A stretch of 62,674 nt of DNA, filler included, from 7 parts of 7 records of this genome joined end to end with filler, not necessarily neighbours in it, one strand, 5' to 3'; numbered from the whole stretch's first letter, positions 1-12,100 are shown. Translations and numbers: made by a program. The notes: generated by a model not told the origin, from the letters alone.

Positions 1-1
1 T

Positions 2-829
2 TTTCAAAAAGGAAACCAAAGCGTTTTCCCTAATCCTTCCCGACGTTTCAGATATCAAGATGCTTTACTCTATTTTTATTTTGAAGTCTATAATCTGGAT
101 ATGAATTCGTTGGATGTTCACAAAAAATATTTCATAGACTATTATATTACAAATTTTCAAGGTGATTCTCTTATTGTATTGAAAGATCAGGCTGCAAATA
201 AACAAGCTTCCTCATGTATGAAGATGCAGGCGTTGAATATTAGTGCTCTTGATCGTGGTGAACATGTATTAACAGTGCATGTAAAAGATCCCACATCTGG
301 TGATTCAGTAACAAGACAGCGCCGATTTTGGGTATATGAGCCTTATGAAGAGACTCAAATCCTACCTATGAGCGAAGCGGATATTAAACGTTACAGAGAT
401 CAAATCAAATATCTAACCACAACTGATGACTTGAATATTTATGATCAATTAACTCCTATTGGGAAAGAGAATTTTTTACTTCAATTTTGGCAGTCAAAAG
501 ACACAAATCTTAGTACAGAAGAAAATGAGTTTATGCAAGAGCATTTTCGTCGTATTCACTATGCCAACCTGTATTTTAAAGGACGTCAGGGAGGTATCAA
601 TACGGACATGGGGAGGGTATATATTGTTTATGGTCCTCCGGATGAAGTCGAGTTTCATGAATGGAAAATTGGTGCAAAAGCTCATCAGATTTGGTATTAT
701 CGGACTGACATCAACCAACATTTTGTATTTGTAGATCGAGGAAATGAAGGAATATATTATCTGGTACATTCTACTGTTGTAAATGAAACACACAATGAAA
801 ATTGGATGGAAGCAGAGGTGTTGTATTAA
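2..829 (+). CDS. GWxTD domain-containing protein, 5' truncated
   Basis: Frame is open from nt 2 (FQKGNQSVFPNPSRRF..LYFYFEVYNL). Contains FW..KD, EHFRRIHYAN and GINTDMGRVYIVYGPPDEV, matching the GWxTD family motif GWxTDRGxxYIxYGPPD. Confidence 0.8.
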   Translation, partial: FQKGNQSVFPNPSRRFRYQDALLYFYFEVYNLDMNSLDVHKKYFIDYYITNFQGDSLIVLKDQAANKQASSCMKMQALNISALDRGEHVLTVHVKDPTSGDSVTRQRRFWVYEPYEETQILPMSEADIKRYRDQIKYLTTTDDLNIYDQLTPIGKENFLLQFWQSKDTNLSTEENEFMQEHFRRIHYANLYFKGRQGGINTDMGRVYIVYGPPDEVEFHEWKIGAKAHQIWYYRTDINQHFVFVDRGNEGIYYLVHSTVVNETHNENWMEAEVLY

Positions 830-904
830 CAATAATTAGTTAAAATAGCTAAAAAAGGTTTCTCTTTATTAATAATTTCAAACCTCAGGAAAAGGAGATA
901 TAAT

Positions 905-3900
905 ATGTTTATAAAAATTCGAACAGAAAATATGTTCGGATGTGTTTTGTTGCTTGTGCTTTGTATTTTTACCGGTTCCTCAAATTTGTTTAGTGCTACA
1001 ACAGGAAAGATTGCAGGTAGGGTTATTGACGTAGAAACTGATAATCCGATGCCTGGAGTCAATGTGATCATAACCGGTACTCAAATGGGTGCAGCAACTA
1101 ATGCAGATGGTTTTTTCTATATCATCAATGTCCCGCCAGGTGTATATTCGGTACGTACATCCATGATGGGATATAGTACAGTAACTCAAACAAATGTTAG
1201 AGTGAATGTAGACCGGACAACTTCTATTGATTTCGAAATCAGCCCGGAGGTTTTAGACCTTGGTGAAGGTGTTGTTATTGTGAGTGAGAGACCCGTAGTA
1301 GAACTTGATGTTGCGAGTAGTACAAATTTTGTGAATCCTGAGGAAATTGCAACACTTCCCAAATCTCAAATTGTGGAATCACTGGACCTTTTTCCTGGTA
1401 TTGAATTGTCCAACTCTGAAGAACTAAATGTTCGTGGTGGTGGAACAGGACAGATTAGTTTTCAGGTTGATGGCTTTGAAAGAACGGATGCCCTTAATCA
1501 ACTTGCTTATACAACCTCATTAAATTCAGCCAATATTGAGGAAATCCAAATTCTCACTGGTGTTTTCAATGCAGAATATGGTAATGCCCGATCAGGTGTT
1601 TTTAATATTATCACAAAAGAGGGCGGTTCTGAATATAGTGGTTCAATTGATGCACGTACATCACCTGCGCAACGAAAACATTTTGGTCCTGATGCATATG
1701 GAAATGATCAGTATGATTACTGGCTTTATAATCGCCCGGAATCTATGAACGAGATCAAAAATGTTGAAGGAAATGTATTATGGCATGGTTGGGAACAAGA
1801 GGCAATCAATCGTAATTCATATTTTTGGAAAGGAAAGAACGATTGGACTGCTGAAGAACTCCAGGAAATCTGGCGTTTTCGTCACCGTCCATGGGATTAT
1901 GCAGATAAGCCCGACTTTTATCTTGATACTGGTTTTGGTGGTCCTGTACCATTGCTGAATAATCTCAGTTTCTTTGCTGCATTAAAGTATCAATATGAAT
2001 TATTCCCGCTACCTGCTGCAAAACATCATTATAATAATTATACTGCTGATTTAAAACTCACATATCGTCCGACTTCTTCAATAAAAGTTTTATTACTAGC
2101 TTCTTATGGTGAAGTTGAAACCATGGCTAATGGCTATAACTGGAGTGCGTCTCATGGTTTGGAAACAACTTCTCAAGGTGGTGGAATGCCAAACTTTCAT
2201 GGCGATGAATATATTGTGGGATCAGCAAAAGTTGCCCAGAGAGGTGAAGGTGAATGGGGGCTGAATCGATTTAACTTGTGGGGACATGTACCCCTTGACA
2301 TCTATAACAGCCAATTCGGTTTAAATATAACTCATTCATTATCTCCATCAACGTATTATGAAATTAGATTAAATAGATTCAGAAGCCAAAATAGTGCAGA
2401 GCATGCAGATGAATCACCTACTGATATAGTAAAAACTATTGGTGGAGTAGGTTTTGACGATGGTGCATATGGTGGTTGGATTGACTCCGAGCATGTCCGC
2501 GCAGAGTTTGATTTACCTGGTATATACGAATTGGGTGGTGGTGGAGTGGTCCATGATTATTCTTATTCAATTATGTACAAGGCTAATTTCGATATCACAA
2601 GCCAGGTTTCCACAAATCATCAACTTAAAAGCGGCATAGAGTTCGAATATGATGATATAAATAAAGATTATCGTCGGTATAAAGAATATTTGGGCTCACA
2701 TCAGGAATATATGCAATATCATGAAAAACCATACCGAATATCTGGTTATTTGCAGGACCGGATGGAGTACGGTGGTATGATCGCGAATGTGGGACTACGA
2801 CTGGATTATTTTGATGCCAATGGTCCAGTCTGGACTCCTGAACCAGGCGTTGAATTTACAGGAATGTGGAAACGAGGATATCTGGAAAGAGCTTATGAAA
2901 CATTGGATGATGTGCCAACAGAAGATGCAAAGGCATACCTGCGGTTTAGCCCGCGAATTGGAATTTCTCATCCAATTGGCACCACTACAAAGTTTTATTT
3001 CAATTATGGTCATTTTTATTCTACAGTTCCTGCACAATATCGCTATGGATTGTTCATGCAGGGCAGTCCATACGGTCCTCCTGGTCCTGAAACAGATCCA
3101 GTGCATCCAAATTATAATGAAGCAACCGAAATCAGAGCAATCCCGAATCCTGATTTAATTCCACCTAAAACAACTCAGTTTGAAATTGGATATGAGCAGA
3201 GCCTGAAAGAGACATATACATTTCGTGCAACCGCATATGCCAAGGATAATAGTGCACAGATCAATGATGTCACTTTACGAAATTTTGGTGGATTTACAAT
3301 GGCACATGGTTATGCTATGCCTGGAGGAGAATTAAGTGCAGAAGCCAATGTTAGAAGTTTTCGAAATTATAACTATCAGGATATTCGAGGTATTGAAATT
3401 CGTATGAGTAAAGTTCGTGGTAATTGGTTTACCGGATGGATTAATTACGATTATAAAGTAATTACGAAAGGGAATCAAGGAAGCGAATTGATATATGAAG
3501 ATCCTTTTCTGGCAAGTTCAACACGCTCTGCATTTCAACAAAAAGCTGAACCGGTTCCTGAAATTCAGGCAAATTTTAGTTTTCATACATCTAAAGAATA
3601 TGGACCTGCGTTAAATAATTTTTACCCCTTGGGTGAGTTGACATTTAATATTCTACAAACCTGGGAAAAAGGAGCCAAATATATATATAATCCGGAAAAT
3701 CTTCCTATTCAAGATGTAGTCACAGTATATCATTGGGTTGACAGGTATGAAACAAGTTTTCGTTTAACAAAGAGTTTCAGGCTTGGCGGTTTAAACTTAC
3801 AAGGTTATATGGATGTAAACAATCTATTCAATTATCAGGCATTGAATAGAGGCGCATTGAGTTTTGACGAATGGCAGCAATACCTTGAACAGGTTGTGGA

Positions 3901-4063
3901 TAAATTAGATTATGAAATTGGCGATCGGGAAAGTATGAAAGCTTTAACAGAAGAGTGGGTCGATGTTGAAGGGAATACAAGAGCTCCAATTGCACCATGG
4001 AGAGATTGGCTTATTTCACTTTACCCAAGATCCTGGTTGTTTGGAATAAGACTTGAATTTTAG
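905..4063 (+). CDS. TonB-dependent receptor with N-terminal carboxypeptidase-regulatory-like domain
   Basis: AGGAG upstream; signal peptide; TGKIAGRVID..GVNVII..G.Y.V..SMMGY domain; plug motifs NVRGG and NAEYGNARSGVFNIITKEG; FSPRIG; ends LFGIRLEF (terminal Phe). Confidence 0.9.
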   Translation: MFIKIRTENMFGCVLLLVLCIFTGSSNLFSATTGKIAGRVIDVETDNPMPGVNVIITGTQMGAATNADGFFYIINVPPGVYSVRTSMMGYSTVTQTNVRVNVDRTTSIDFEISPEVLDLGEGVVIVSERPVVELDVASSTNFVNPEEIATLPKSQIVESLDLFPGIELSNSEELNVRGGGTGQISFQVDGFERTDALNQLAYTTSLNSANIEEIQILTGVFNAEYGNARSGVFNIITKEGGSEYSGSIDARTSPAQRKHFGPDAYGNDQYDYWLYNRPESMNEIKNVEGNVLWHGWEQEAINRNSYFWKGKNDWTAEELQEIWRFRHRPWDYADKPDFYLDTGFGGPVPLLNNLSFFAALKYQYELFPLPAAKHHYNNYTADLKLTYRPTSSIKVLLLASYGEVETMANGYNWSASHGLETTSQGGGMPNFHGDEYIVGSAKVAQRGEGEWGLNRFNLWGHVPLDIYNSQFGLNITHSLSPSTYYEIRLNRFRSQNSAEHADESPTDIVKTIGGVGFDDGAYGGWIDSEHVRAEFDLPGIYELGGGGVVHDYSYSIMYKANFDITSQVSTNHQLKSGIEFEYDDINKDYRRYKEYLGSHQEYMQYHEKPYRISGYLQDRMEYGGMIANVGLRLDYFDANGPVWTPEPGVEFTGMWKRGYLERAYETLDDVPTEDAKAYLRFSPRIGISHPIGTTTKFYFNYGHFYSTVPAQYRYGLFMQGSPYGPPGPETDPVHPNYNEATEIRAIPNPDLIPPKTTQFEIGYEQSLKETYTFRATAYAKDNSAQINDVTLRNFGGFTMAHGYAMPGGELSAEANVRSFRNYNYQDIRGIEIRMSKVRGNWFTGWINYDYKVITKGNQGSELIYEDPFLASSTRSAFQQKAEPVPEIQANFSFHTSKEYGPALNNFYPLGELTFNILQTWEKGAKYIYNPENLPIQDVVTVYHWVDRYETSFRLTKSFRLGGLNLQGYMDVNNLFNYQALNRGALSFDEWQQYLEQVVDKLDYEIGDRESMKALTEEWVDVEGNTRAPIAPWRDWLISLYPRSWLFGIRLEF

Positions 4064-4117
4064 AATTTTCAAACTGTATAAAATATTTTGCTGTGATCAG
4101 TTTTTGGAGGAAAGTAA

Positions 4118-6295
4118 ATGTTAACATCAAATAAATCAGGGACCATGAACTATTGGTCGAGAATTTTTATTGTTGTGATTTTGATTATTATGGGAATTGG
4201 AGTGGCCCTTGCACAAGAAATGGAACCACCGTTTGTGGGTGACAGACAATTCATGAGAATTGGCAGACTCTGGACCGCAGTAGACCCAGATCCAGGTGAG
4301 GCCAACTATACCGCTTTTGCTTGGCCAGGTGGACAGATTATCTACTATGGACGTGAAGAAGATCCGAAACGGGGCTGGGGCTCTATTACTAAAAAACTTG
4401 GAGCAGCAACCAGTGTGACTGATTGGACCGATCCCAAAGGTGGATTTCACGAATATTGGACTTGTGAAAATTTTCGTTTTGGTGGAGAGTATCCTGAGGA
4501 AACAGACTGGGTTGGAGATGCTTTCGTAGGGAATTCTCCATGTGAACTTTGGCAATATATGCGGTTTCCTCCCCCACAGGTTTATATTGACGGGAAACCG
4601 ACCATTTTTGTAGCCAATGAAGACTGGACTTTACAGACAAACGGGATTATTGATGAAAATCTGGTTACTGATAAAGCAATACTAAATCGATGGATCTGGT
4701 CAATGGGAATTGAAACCGAACGGTGGTTATATGCATGGACTACTCCTGAAGAACAAGATATTATTTTTATGAATTTTAAGCATAAAAATACTGGTCAGGT
4801 AAGTTATACTGACTGGAAGAGAGGCCAAGTCTCCTTGCCTGGGCAGACAATTCACAATTTCAAGTGGTCTCAAATTTTACAAACCCAGGTTAATATTATT
4901 GGCAAAGCCCTGTATGGTGATGATGATGTAGGTGAGGTCATCTATCCATGGTCACATATCGATCGTCCTTTTTCATTACTTTATGATGGTGATGGTGATC
5001 GTGTTGCTACCCCTGACTGGGGTGATCCTAATATATTTGAAGGGCAGGATAAATTAGGATGGCGACTTTTGTCACCAGAATATTTTATTGCTGGTGTTAT
5101 ACATGCTGATAAAGCACACGACGATACGAGTGACGACTATTCGCAACCCAGTGATGTACATTATGCCGGAGAGAAAGTTGATTGCTTTCTGTGTTTGAAT
5201 GGAGATGGTACTCACAAGACTAATCATGATATTATTTGGAGAGGACGTTCACTCTCTGTTGATGAAGGTGGGATTGTTCATGATAGAAATGATCCTGAAT
5301 TGCAAAAAGGTAGTTCCCGTTTAACCATGTATGTAGGTGGAGGCCCTTATGAAATGCCTTTTGAATCTGACATCAATGTGGCATTTGCCTGGGTAATGGG
5401 TGGTCTTTCATTAGATGAAACTAGAAAGATGGGAGCTGATATATATAATCAGGGTAATCCACGAGACCAAAGCCAGGAAGAGATTGAATACATAAGAACG
5501 GGTAAGGATTCTGCTTTAGTATCTTTGGATCGTGCTTATTGGGTATATCATGGTGTGTATCCGGATGGGTCCAATCCCAAACCAGCTGAATATAATCAAC
5601 CCTATAATGTACCGGATCCTCCACGTCCACCTGCAAATTTTTGGGTCGATTCAAAAGGTGATGCAATTGAATTAAGATGGTCTAATGAAGCAGAAATTAC
5701 TCCAGATTGGGACACAGGAGTTATTGATTTCGCTGGATATCGAATTTATCGAGCTATGGGAAGCCGGGACAGTACATATAGGCTCATTGCTGATATTCCT
5801 AATTCGGCATCGAGCTATCTTGATAAAGATATCACAGTTGGTATATCTTATTATTACTATATGACTGCCTATGATGATGGTTCTCAAAATTGGGAACAAC
5901 CCGGCAAAGTTTTGGAAAGTGGTCGTTTTTACAATTGGACAGGTTGGTATGAGATTCCTGTTGTGCCGCGGAACCCTGGAATTAAAAGTGCCAATGAACT
6001 TGAGAATATTAGAGTGGTTCCTAATCCCTATAGTGTTTCTGGAAAGATTTATCCAGGAATAAGTGAAAATGAACAAAATAAAATTAATTTCATGAATTTA
6101 CCGGGTAAATGTAAGATTAAAATTTACACCACTGGTGGTTCGCTAATCCATACTATTGAGCACACAGATGGGACACGAATTGAATCGTGGAATTTAAGAA
6201 CTGAATACAATCAGTATTTAGCCAGTGACTTGTATGTATATGTGGTTGAAAGTGATTTAGGCAAGCATATTGGCAAATTCGTCATCATTCGATAA
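4118..6295 (+). CDS. Secreted protein with FN3-like domain and T9SS/FlgD-like C-terminal sorting domain
   Basis: Signal peptide; FN3-like PRPPANF..IELRW..FAGYRIYR..YYYYMTAYD; C-terminal VVPNPY..INFMNLP..IKIYT..G.LI..WNL..ASDLYVYVV typical of Por-secretion/FlgD-like CTDs. Confidence 0.65.
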   Translation: MLTSNKSGTMNYWSRIFIVVILIIMGIGVALAQEMEPPFVGDRQFMRIGRLWTAVDPDPGEANYTAFAWPGGQIIYYGREEDPKRGWGSITKKLGAATSVTDWTDPKGGFHEYWTCENFRFGGEYPEETDWVGDAFVGNSPCELWQYMRFPPPQVYIDGKPTIFVANEDWTLQTNGIIDENLVTDKAILNRWIWSMGIETERWLYAWTTPEEQDIIFMNFKHKNTGQVSYTDWKRGQVSLPGQTIHNFKWSQILQTQVNIIGKALYGDDDVGEVIYPWSHIDRPFSLLYDGDGDRVATPDWGDPNIFEGQDKLGWRLLSPEYFIAGVIHADKAHDDTSDDYSQPSDVHYAGEKVDCFLCLNGDGTHKTNHDIIWRGRSLSVDEGGIVHDRNDPELQKGSSRLTMYVGGGPYEMPFESDINVAFAWVMGGLSLDETRKMGADIYNQGNPRDQSQEEIEYIRTGKDSALVSLDRAYWVYHGVYPDGSNPKPAEYNQPYNVPDPPRPPANFWVDSKGDAIELRWSNEAEITPDWDTGVIDFAGYRIYRAMGSRDSTYRLIADIPNSASSYLDKDITVGISYYYYMTAYDDGSQNWEQPGKVLESGRFYNWTGWYEIPVVPRNPGIKSANELENIRVVPNPYSVSGKIYPGISENEQNKINFMNLPGKCKIKIYTTGGSLIHTIEHTDGTRIESWNLRTEYNQYLASDLYVYVVESDLGKHIGKFVIIR

Positions 6296-6309
6296 TGAAG
6301 GAGAATAAT

Positions 6310-7331
6310 ATGATTAGATTTTGGCACAGAGTCATTTTTATAGGACTGTGTCTTTTATGGATAGCTCCTGGTTATACTCAAGATATGAAAAAACTGGGAC
6401 AGTCAGGAATGACTTGGCTAACTATTGATCCCAGTGCTCGCGGAGCTGCCATGGGATCAGTTTTAGACTGGAGTAAAGGTGATCCAAATGGTGTATTCTA
6501 TAATCCGGCTTCTTTGGCTGCAATTGAAGGGGGGCTTTTTCAGCGAACTATTCGCAGTGGATAGCTGATATGAATAAATATGATCTTGCATTTGCATATA
6601 ATTTTAATGGTTGGGGCACTTTTGGATTGGCCATTCAGTCTATGGATTATGGCGATGTTTATGGTACTGTGATAGCGCATAATGACCAGGGTTATGAAGA
6701 TACAGGTTTTTTGGATGTTGGTGCCTACTCTGTTGGAATTGCCTACAGCCGAAGCTTGACAGACAAGTTTTCTCTGGGTGGAGTTATAAAATATGTTGAT
6801 CAAAAATTAGGGAACAATAATTATTATAGTGCCGGTGAATTAGTGGAAGAGAATAAAGCCAATCAAGTTTCTGCTGCCTCGTTTGATTTTGGTACCATGT
6901 ATGATACAGGAATTAAAAGTTTAAGGGTTACCATGTCAATTCGTAACTTTTCAGGGCAACTTTTATATGAAGGAGACGAGTTTACTTTACCATTATTGTA
7001 TAAGATTGGATTATCCATGGACCTTATTGACTTTTTCCCATCATTTGCTGATCATATTTCAGGTTGGCATGTCGTTGTTGAAGGTGTGGATTCAAGAGAC
7101 AGACCAGATCATGTCAATGCAGGTACAGAGATGGGTTTCAAGGAAACGCTCTATATTCGTGCAGGATACAGTTCACGTGAAGGTGGTTATTCTGAAGAGG
7201 GAGGCCTTGGTGCTGGTCTTGGTTTGAAATTTAAAAGCGGTAATATGAGATTTTGTCTTGATTATGGTTATAACACTTTTTCAAGTGCCTTGGGTAATAC
7301 GAATAGGTTTACTTTGACAGGATATTTTTAA
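6310..7331 (+). CDS. PorV/PorQ-family outer-membrane beta-barrel (frameshift at ~6530)
   Basis: ORFs 6295-6564 and 6570-7331 join if one G is added to the G6 run at 6529-6534 (EGGAFSANYSQWIADM). Motifs WLTIDPSARGAAMG and VFYNPASLA, amphipathic strands, terminal F. SD AAGGAG favours ATG 6310. Confidence 0.8.
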
Positions 7332-7428
7332 TTGAATTTTAATTGCTGAATAAAAGTACTCGTTGGAAGATCTGGTAAAGTCTATGTTTTAATTTTAAAT
7401 CATATATTATGGACTTTTTTTAACGACC

Positions 7429-7460
7429 AAGCGGTGATAATTATTATTTTATCATCGCTT
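7429..7460 (+). terminator. Putative intrinsic terminator hairpin after the PorV-like gene
   Basis: AAGCGGTGATAA / TTATCATCGCTT 12-bp stem with one G-U pair, 8-nt loop, AT-rich tail. Confidence 0.5.
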
Positions 7461-7554
7461 ATTATTATCCACTGAATATATGTAGAGTTTGATAAATAAT
7501 AAAAATTATCCTACTAGCAATGTCAATAAACGATTTAAAAAGCAGAGCAATGAT

Positions 7555-9095
7555 ATGAAAAAAGTGATAGTATTACTGTTTATATTTTTTATAATACAAT
7601 TTGTTCATTCTGAAATTTTATTTTATAATGTACAGGATTATGGTGCGAAATCAGATGGCAAAACACTCTGTACTGAGTCTATTCAGAAAGCAATTGACGA
7701 GTGTTCCAAAGCAGGAGGGGGAAAAGTTATTTTTCCTGCTGGAAAATATTTAACCCGACCGATTTTTCTCAAAAGCAATATTCATGTTGAAATACTTCCT
7801 GGTGCTACACTCCTTGCCGATACTACAATTTCTGAATACCCCCTTTTTAAGGGCCGATGGGAGGGGATAGAGCGCAAGGTTTATGCTTCATTGTTTACTG
7901 GTTACAAATTGGAAAATGTTTCAATTACCGGTCGTGGTTTATTAGATGGCCAGGGTGAGGTGTGGTGGAAAGTCCATCTTATTACCAGCGCAATGCGAAA
8001 AAAGCTGGGATTACGGAACGCGAACAACCGAATCCGGAAGGCGTACCTTTAAAATATGCCAGACCACGTGTTATTAATCTGTATAACTGTAAAAATGTTC
8101 TAGTACGAGATTTAACCATTATTGATTCTCCCGCGTGGACAATCCATCCTGTTTACTGTGAAAATGTAACAATTGAAAATATTACAATCATTCAACCTTA
8201 TGAGTCACCAAATACCGATGGAATCAATCCCGAATCATGCAACAATGTACGCATCTTTAATTGTTTTGTAGACTGTGGTGATGATTGTATTACAATTAAA
8301 TCCGGTTATAATGAAGATGGCCGACGTGTAAATATGCCATGTGAAAATATTGTCATTTCCAATTGTACATTTAAGCATGGAAGAAGCGCAATTGGAATTG
8401 GCAGTGAAACATCTGGTGGTGTTCGAAATGTAGCTATTAACAATTGTGTGTTTAAAGATACCTATCGTGGTTTGAGAATCAAAACCGCACGTGGTCGAGG
8501 AAATGTTGTTGAAAATATTAGGGCTTCGAATATTATTATGGAAAACGTTGGCACTGGAATTTCTTTGGATATGTTTTACGACAGCGGGCCGGATGAAGCT
8601 CCTAAACCTATAGATGAAACTACACCATTTTTTAAAAATATTCGTTACAGTCACATCACAGGGAAAAATATTAAAAAGGCCGGTTTAATAAAAGGACTAC
8701 CAGAAGCACCAATGGAAGGTGTCTCATTTACCGATGTGAATCTTGAAGCAGAAACCGGAATTGTTGTGAAATTTGTTAAAGATTTTTCTTTATATGATGT
8801 AGAGATTAATGTTGAAAAAGGAACTCCTCTTGCTTTTTACAAAAGTGAAAAAGTTGAACTTGATAACGTCACTACATCAAAACCGAACAAAAATCAACCT
8901 GTAATTACATTTGATAAAGTAACTGATGTGATTGTACGAGATTGTTCTGCTGTTAAAGAAACGGATGTTTTTCTCCAGCTTTCAGGTTCCGATAATGACG
9001 AATTTTTCTTGATTAATAATCGATTGTCCAAAGCTGAAAAACCTGTTGATTTTATCAATGGAGCAACTGTCAAATCAATTTCAATACAAAAGTAA
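7555..9095 (+). CDS. Glycoside hydrolase family 28 (exo-polygalacturonase-like), frameshift at ~8000
   Basis: ORFs 7489-8052 and 7962-9095 join with one more A in the A6 run at 7998-8003 (MRKK-AGITER). GH28 motifs NTDG, GDD, HG..IGSE, RIK; signal peptide from ATG 7555. Confidence 0.9.
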
Positions 9096-9135
9096 TAGTG
9101 AACAAAAGTTTGTTGAATAAATAGGTAATGATAAT

Positions 9136-12100
9136 ATGACCAAACATTCTACAGGATTACTATCCATAATTTTGATAATTTTATCTGCATGTTTTCTTTA
9201 TGCTCAGAATTCAGATATTTCTCCGGTTGGAATAAATTATAATATAAAAGATTTCGGCTCAACAGGTGATGGAGTTACTCCTGATACATATATAATTCAG
9301 GATGCAGTTGAAATGATCAGCGAAAAAGGAGGTGGACAGCTTTATTTTCCTCCTGGAGATTATCTCATTGGGACTATTTATTTACCCGATAATATTACAT
9401 TAAATGTTGGCGAAGGTGCACGTATTGTAGGGCTTCCTTATGACCACCCTGATTATAGTCGAAAAGGTGAACGTGTAGGTTCAATGATTTTAGCCGACAA
9501 AGTGAAAAATGTTGCCATTATTGGTAGAGGAATTATTGATGGTGGTGGTGTTTCTAGTGGCTGCAGTACTCCGGGTTGTGCATCAAAGGCCATAATCTTT
9601 CAAAAGTGTAAGCATGTTCTTGTTAAAGATGTAACTATTCTTAAAGGCGGCCAAACAGCTCTTGAATTAGGTGGTAGTCATGATGTTACAATAAGTTCAA
9701 TTTTGATGGACACTAATAGAGATGGTATTCATGTAAATGGTACAAATATTAGAATATCAGATGTTGTGTTAAATTCTGATGAAGACGATGTTCTGGTTTT
9801 CAAGAGTGGAAATACAATAAATAATGCCAGTCTTACCAGTTTTGTCACAATTACAAATTCTTATGTTAGCGGTTTTAAGCCTGGTAGTGTTTATGATGGC
9901 ACGTACAAAGCTGGTGGAGGGATTGGTAGAATAAAATTTGGAACTGAATCCAGTGCAGGATTTAGCAATATCACTATAAATAATGTAATATTTGACAAGT
10001 GTACCGGATTTCATATGTCTGTTGTGGATGGTGGTATACTTGAAAATATTGTTATTTCTAATATTGTTATGCGTGATGTTGCTAACAGTCCAATCTTTAT
10101 TCGTTTAGGAAAGCGATCACCCTCACGGGCACCTAAATGTCCACCCCCTGGAATAATACGTAATATAATGTTTGACAACCTTTTAGCTACAAGTGCAAAT
10201 TCTGTTTATTCATCCATCATTAGTGGTATTCCCGGACATTATATTGAAAATATTTCATTAAACAACATTCAAATTACTTATACAGGAGGTGGCACAAAAG
10301 ATATGGCTGACCTTGTACCTCCTGAGAATGAGGGTCTTTACCCTGGTCCGGGTAATTTTGGGAAATTACCAGCATACGGATTTTATGTCCGCCATGCAAA
10401 AGGAATTCGATTTAATAATGTAGTTTTGGACTATGAACAACCAGATTTTAGGCCAGCATTTGTTTTTAATGATGTTCAGGATTTATACATTCACGGAGCA
10501 AAAATAGCAAGAGCATCTTCTGATGTTCCCCCAATTAAATTTAGAGGTAATATTCAGGATGTGCAAATAATTGATACACCTTCAGTTTCCATCGTTCCCT
10601 TTGATGTGAACGATATCCGGTTGTCAAAAAATAAAGTAAATGCCGGAGAATCTTTTTCAGTTTTTGCATCTGTAGATTGTATTGAAGAAGGTTTGGCTAA
10701 GGTGCAACTATATCTTGGAGAAAATCTTAATAAAACAAAGTATAGCTGGATTAAACCAGGTTTGGAAAATGAAATTGAATTTAATGATATTCAACTCTAT
10801 CAAGCTGGTAAATCAACTTTTCAGATTGGATCACGTAAAACCAGCATTAAAGTAGCACCTGCACCTGCCGATTTAATCGTTTCTAATATTGAGTCATGGT
10901 CACCCAGTGTTGAAGATATTGTGGCTGGCAGTATGTTAAAATCGAGTGTGGTAACAGCTCAGGAACCATCATTAATTCGTGTTACTGTCCAAAACAAGGG
11001 AAGCCAGGCAAGTACTAAAGAGTACAAATTGAAAATTAATAATGAAATTGTTGATGCTTTTTCAGTAAAGTTGAATGGTGGAGAAACAAAAGATTTTCAA
11101 TTTAAACACATCTTTCCAACATCAGGCAAGTATGTAATTATTGTGAATGAATTTGAGACTGATATTTACGCCTGGAACAAGTCCGGAGAGTTTATGGTAG
11201 ATGGAATCATATCTATACCTTCAACTCCTATTGCGGGTGAGCCCTTTAAGATCGAGATGAAAGTGTCTGATACTGAATATCGTTTTGGAGCAAAAGTTTG
11301 CCTTTATAAAGATGACAAACAAATCAAAAATAAAGTAGTTTTTGCAGGAAATGATGAGGAAAAGCTAGTAAAATTAGATGTTCCGCCCCAAACTGCAGGA
11401 AAGCATAATTTTTCAATTCGGAATGCAAATGGCAAAGTACACAAATCATTTAATATTAATATTCAGGAACGACCAGAACTTGTTAACCTCATGGTCAATA
11501 AAAAGAATGTACTGGTAAATGAGCAGTTTCAAACAAGTGCCAGGATTAAAAACAAATATTCAGTAGAAGCTTGTTTGACATTGGATCTTGTTGTTGATGG
11601 TGAAACTATAGAATCAAAGGTATTAACTGTTCCTGCCGAGAGTGAAAAGGAAATCAGTTTTGATCTTAAACTTTATAAACTGGGAAAACACAATATCAGT
11701 ATAGATAAAATGGATCCCATAATTGTTAGAGTTCAAAAAGGTTCTACCGGAAATGACCTGGAATATAGTGATATATCAATAAATCGTAATATGCTACAAC
11801 CCGGAGAATCAGTCGAGATCTCTTGTAAAGTGAAAAATATTACTTATCAGGAAAAGACCGTTAATATACCATTAAATGTGAATAACCAAACGTTACAAGA
11901 TAAAATTTTAAAGTTATTTCCTGGTCAAACTCGGGAAATTGTTTTCAGGCATCAGTTTGATCAAAAAGGTGAATTTAACCTTAATATAAGTGACCAGGAA
12001 TCTATTCTGGTTCAGGTTGGCTTGAACGAAATACCGGCCATATTTAAAGATAAATCAGGAAATGGACATTTTGCAAAAGTTGAGTGTAATCCGGTATGGT

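Noticed and set aside
5183-5194. CFLC motif in the secreted protein as a heme c site
   Set aside because: No His follows (CxxCL rather than CxxCH).
459-8654. Many short overlapping or antisense ORFs in the track (for example 459-734, 2787-3158, 4136-4555, 8235-8654)
   Set aside because: They lie within long, motif-supported genes and have no SD or recognisable motifs; treated as shadow ORFs, as are similar ones elsewhere in the window.
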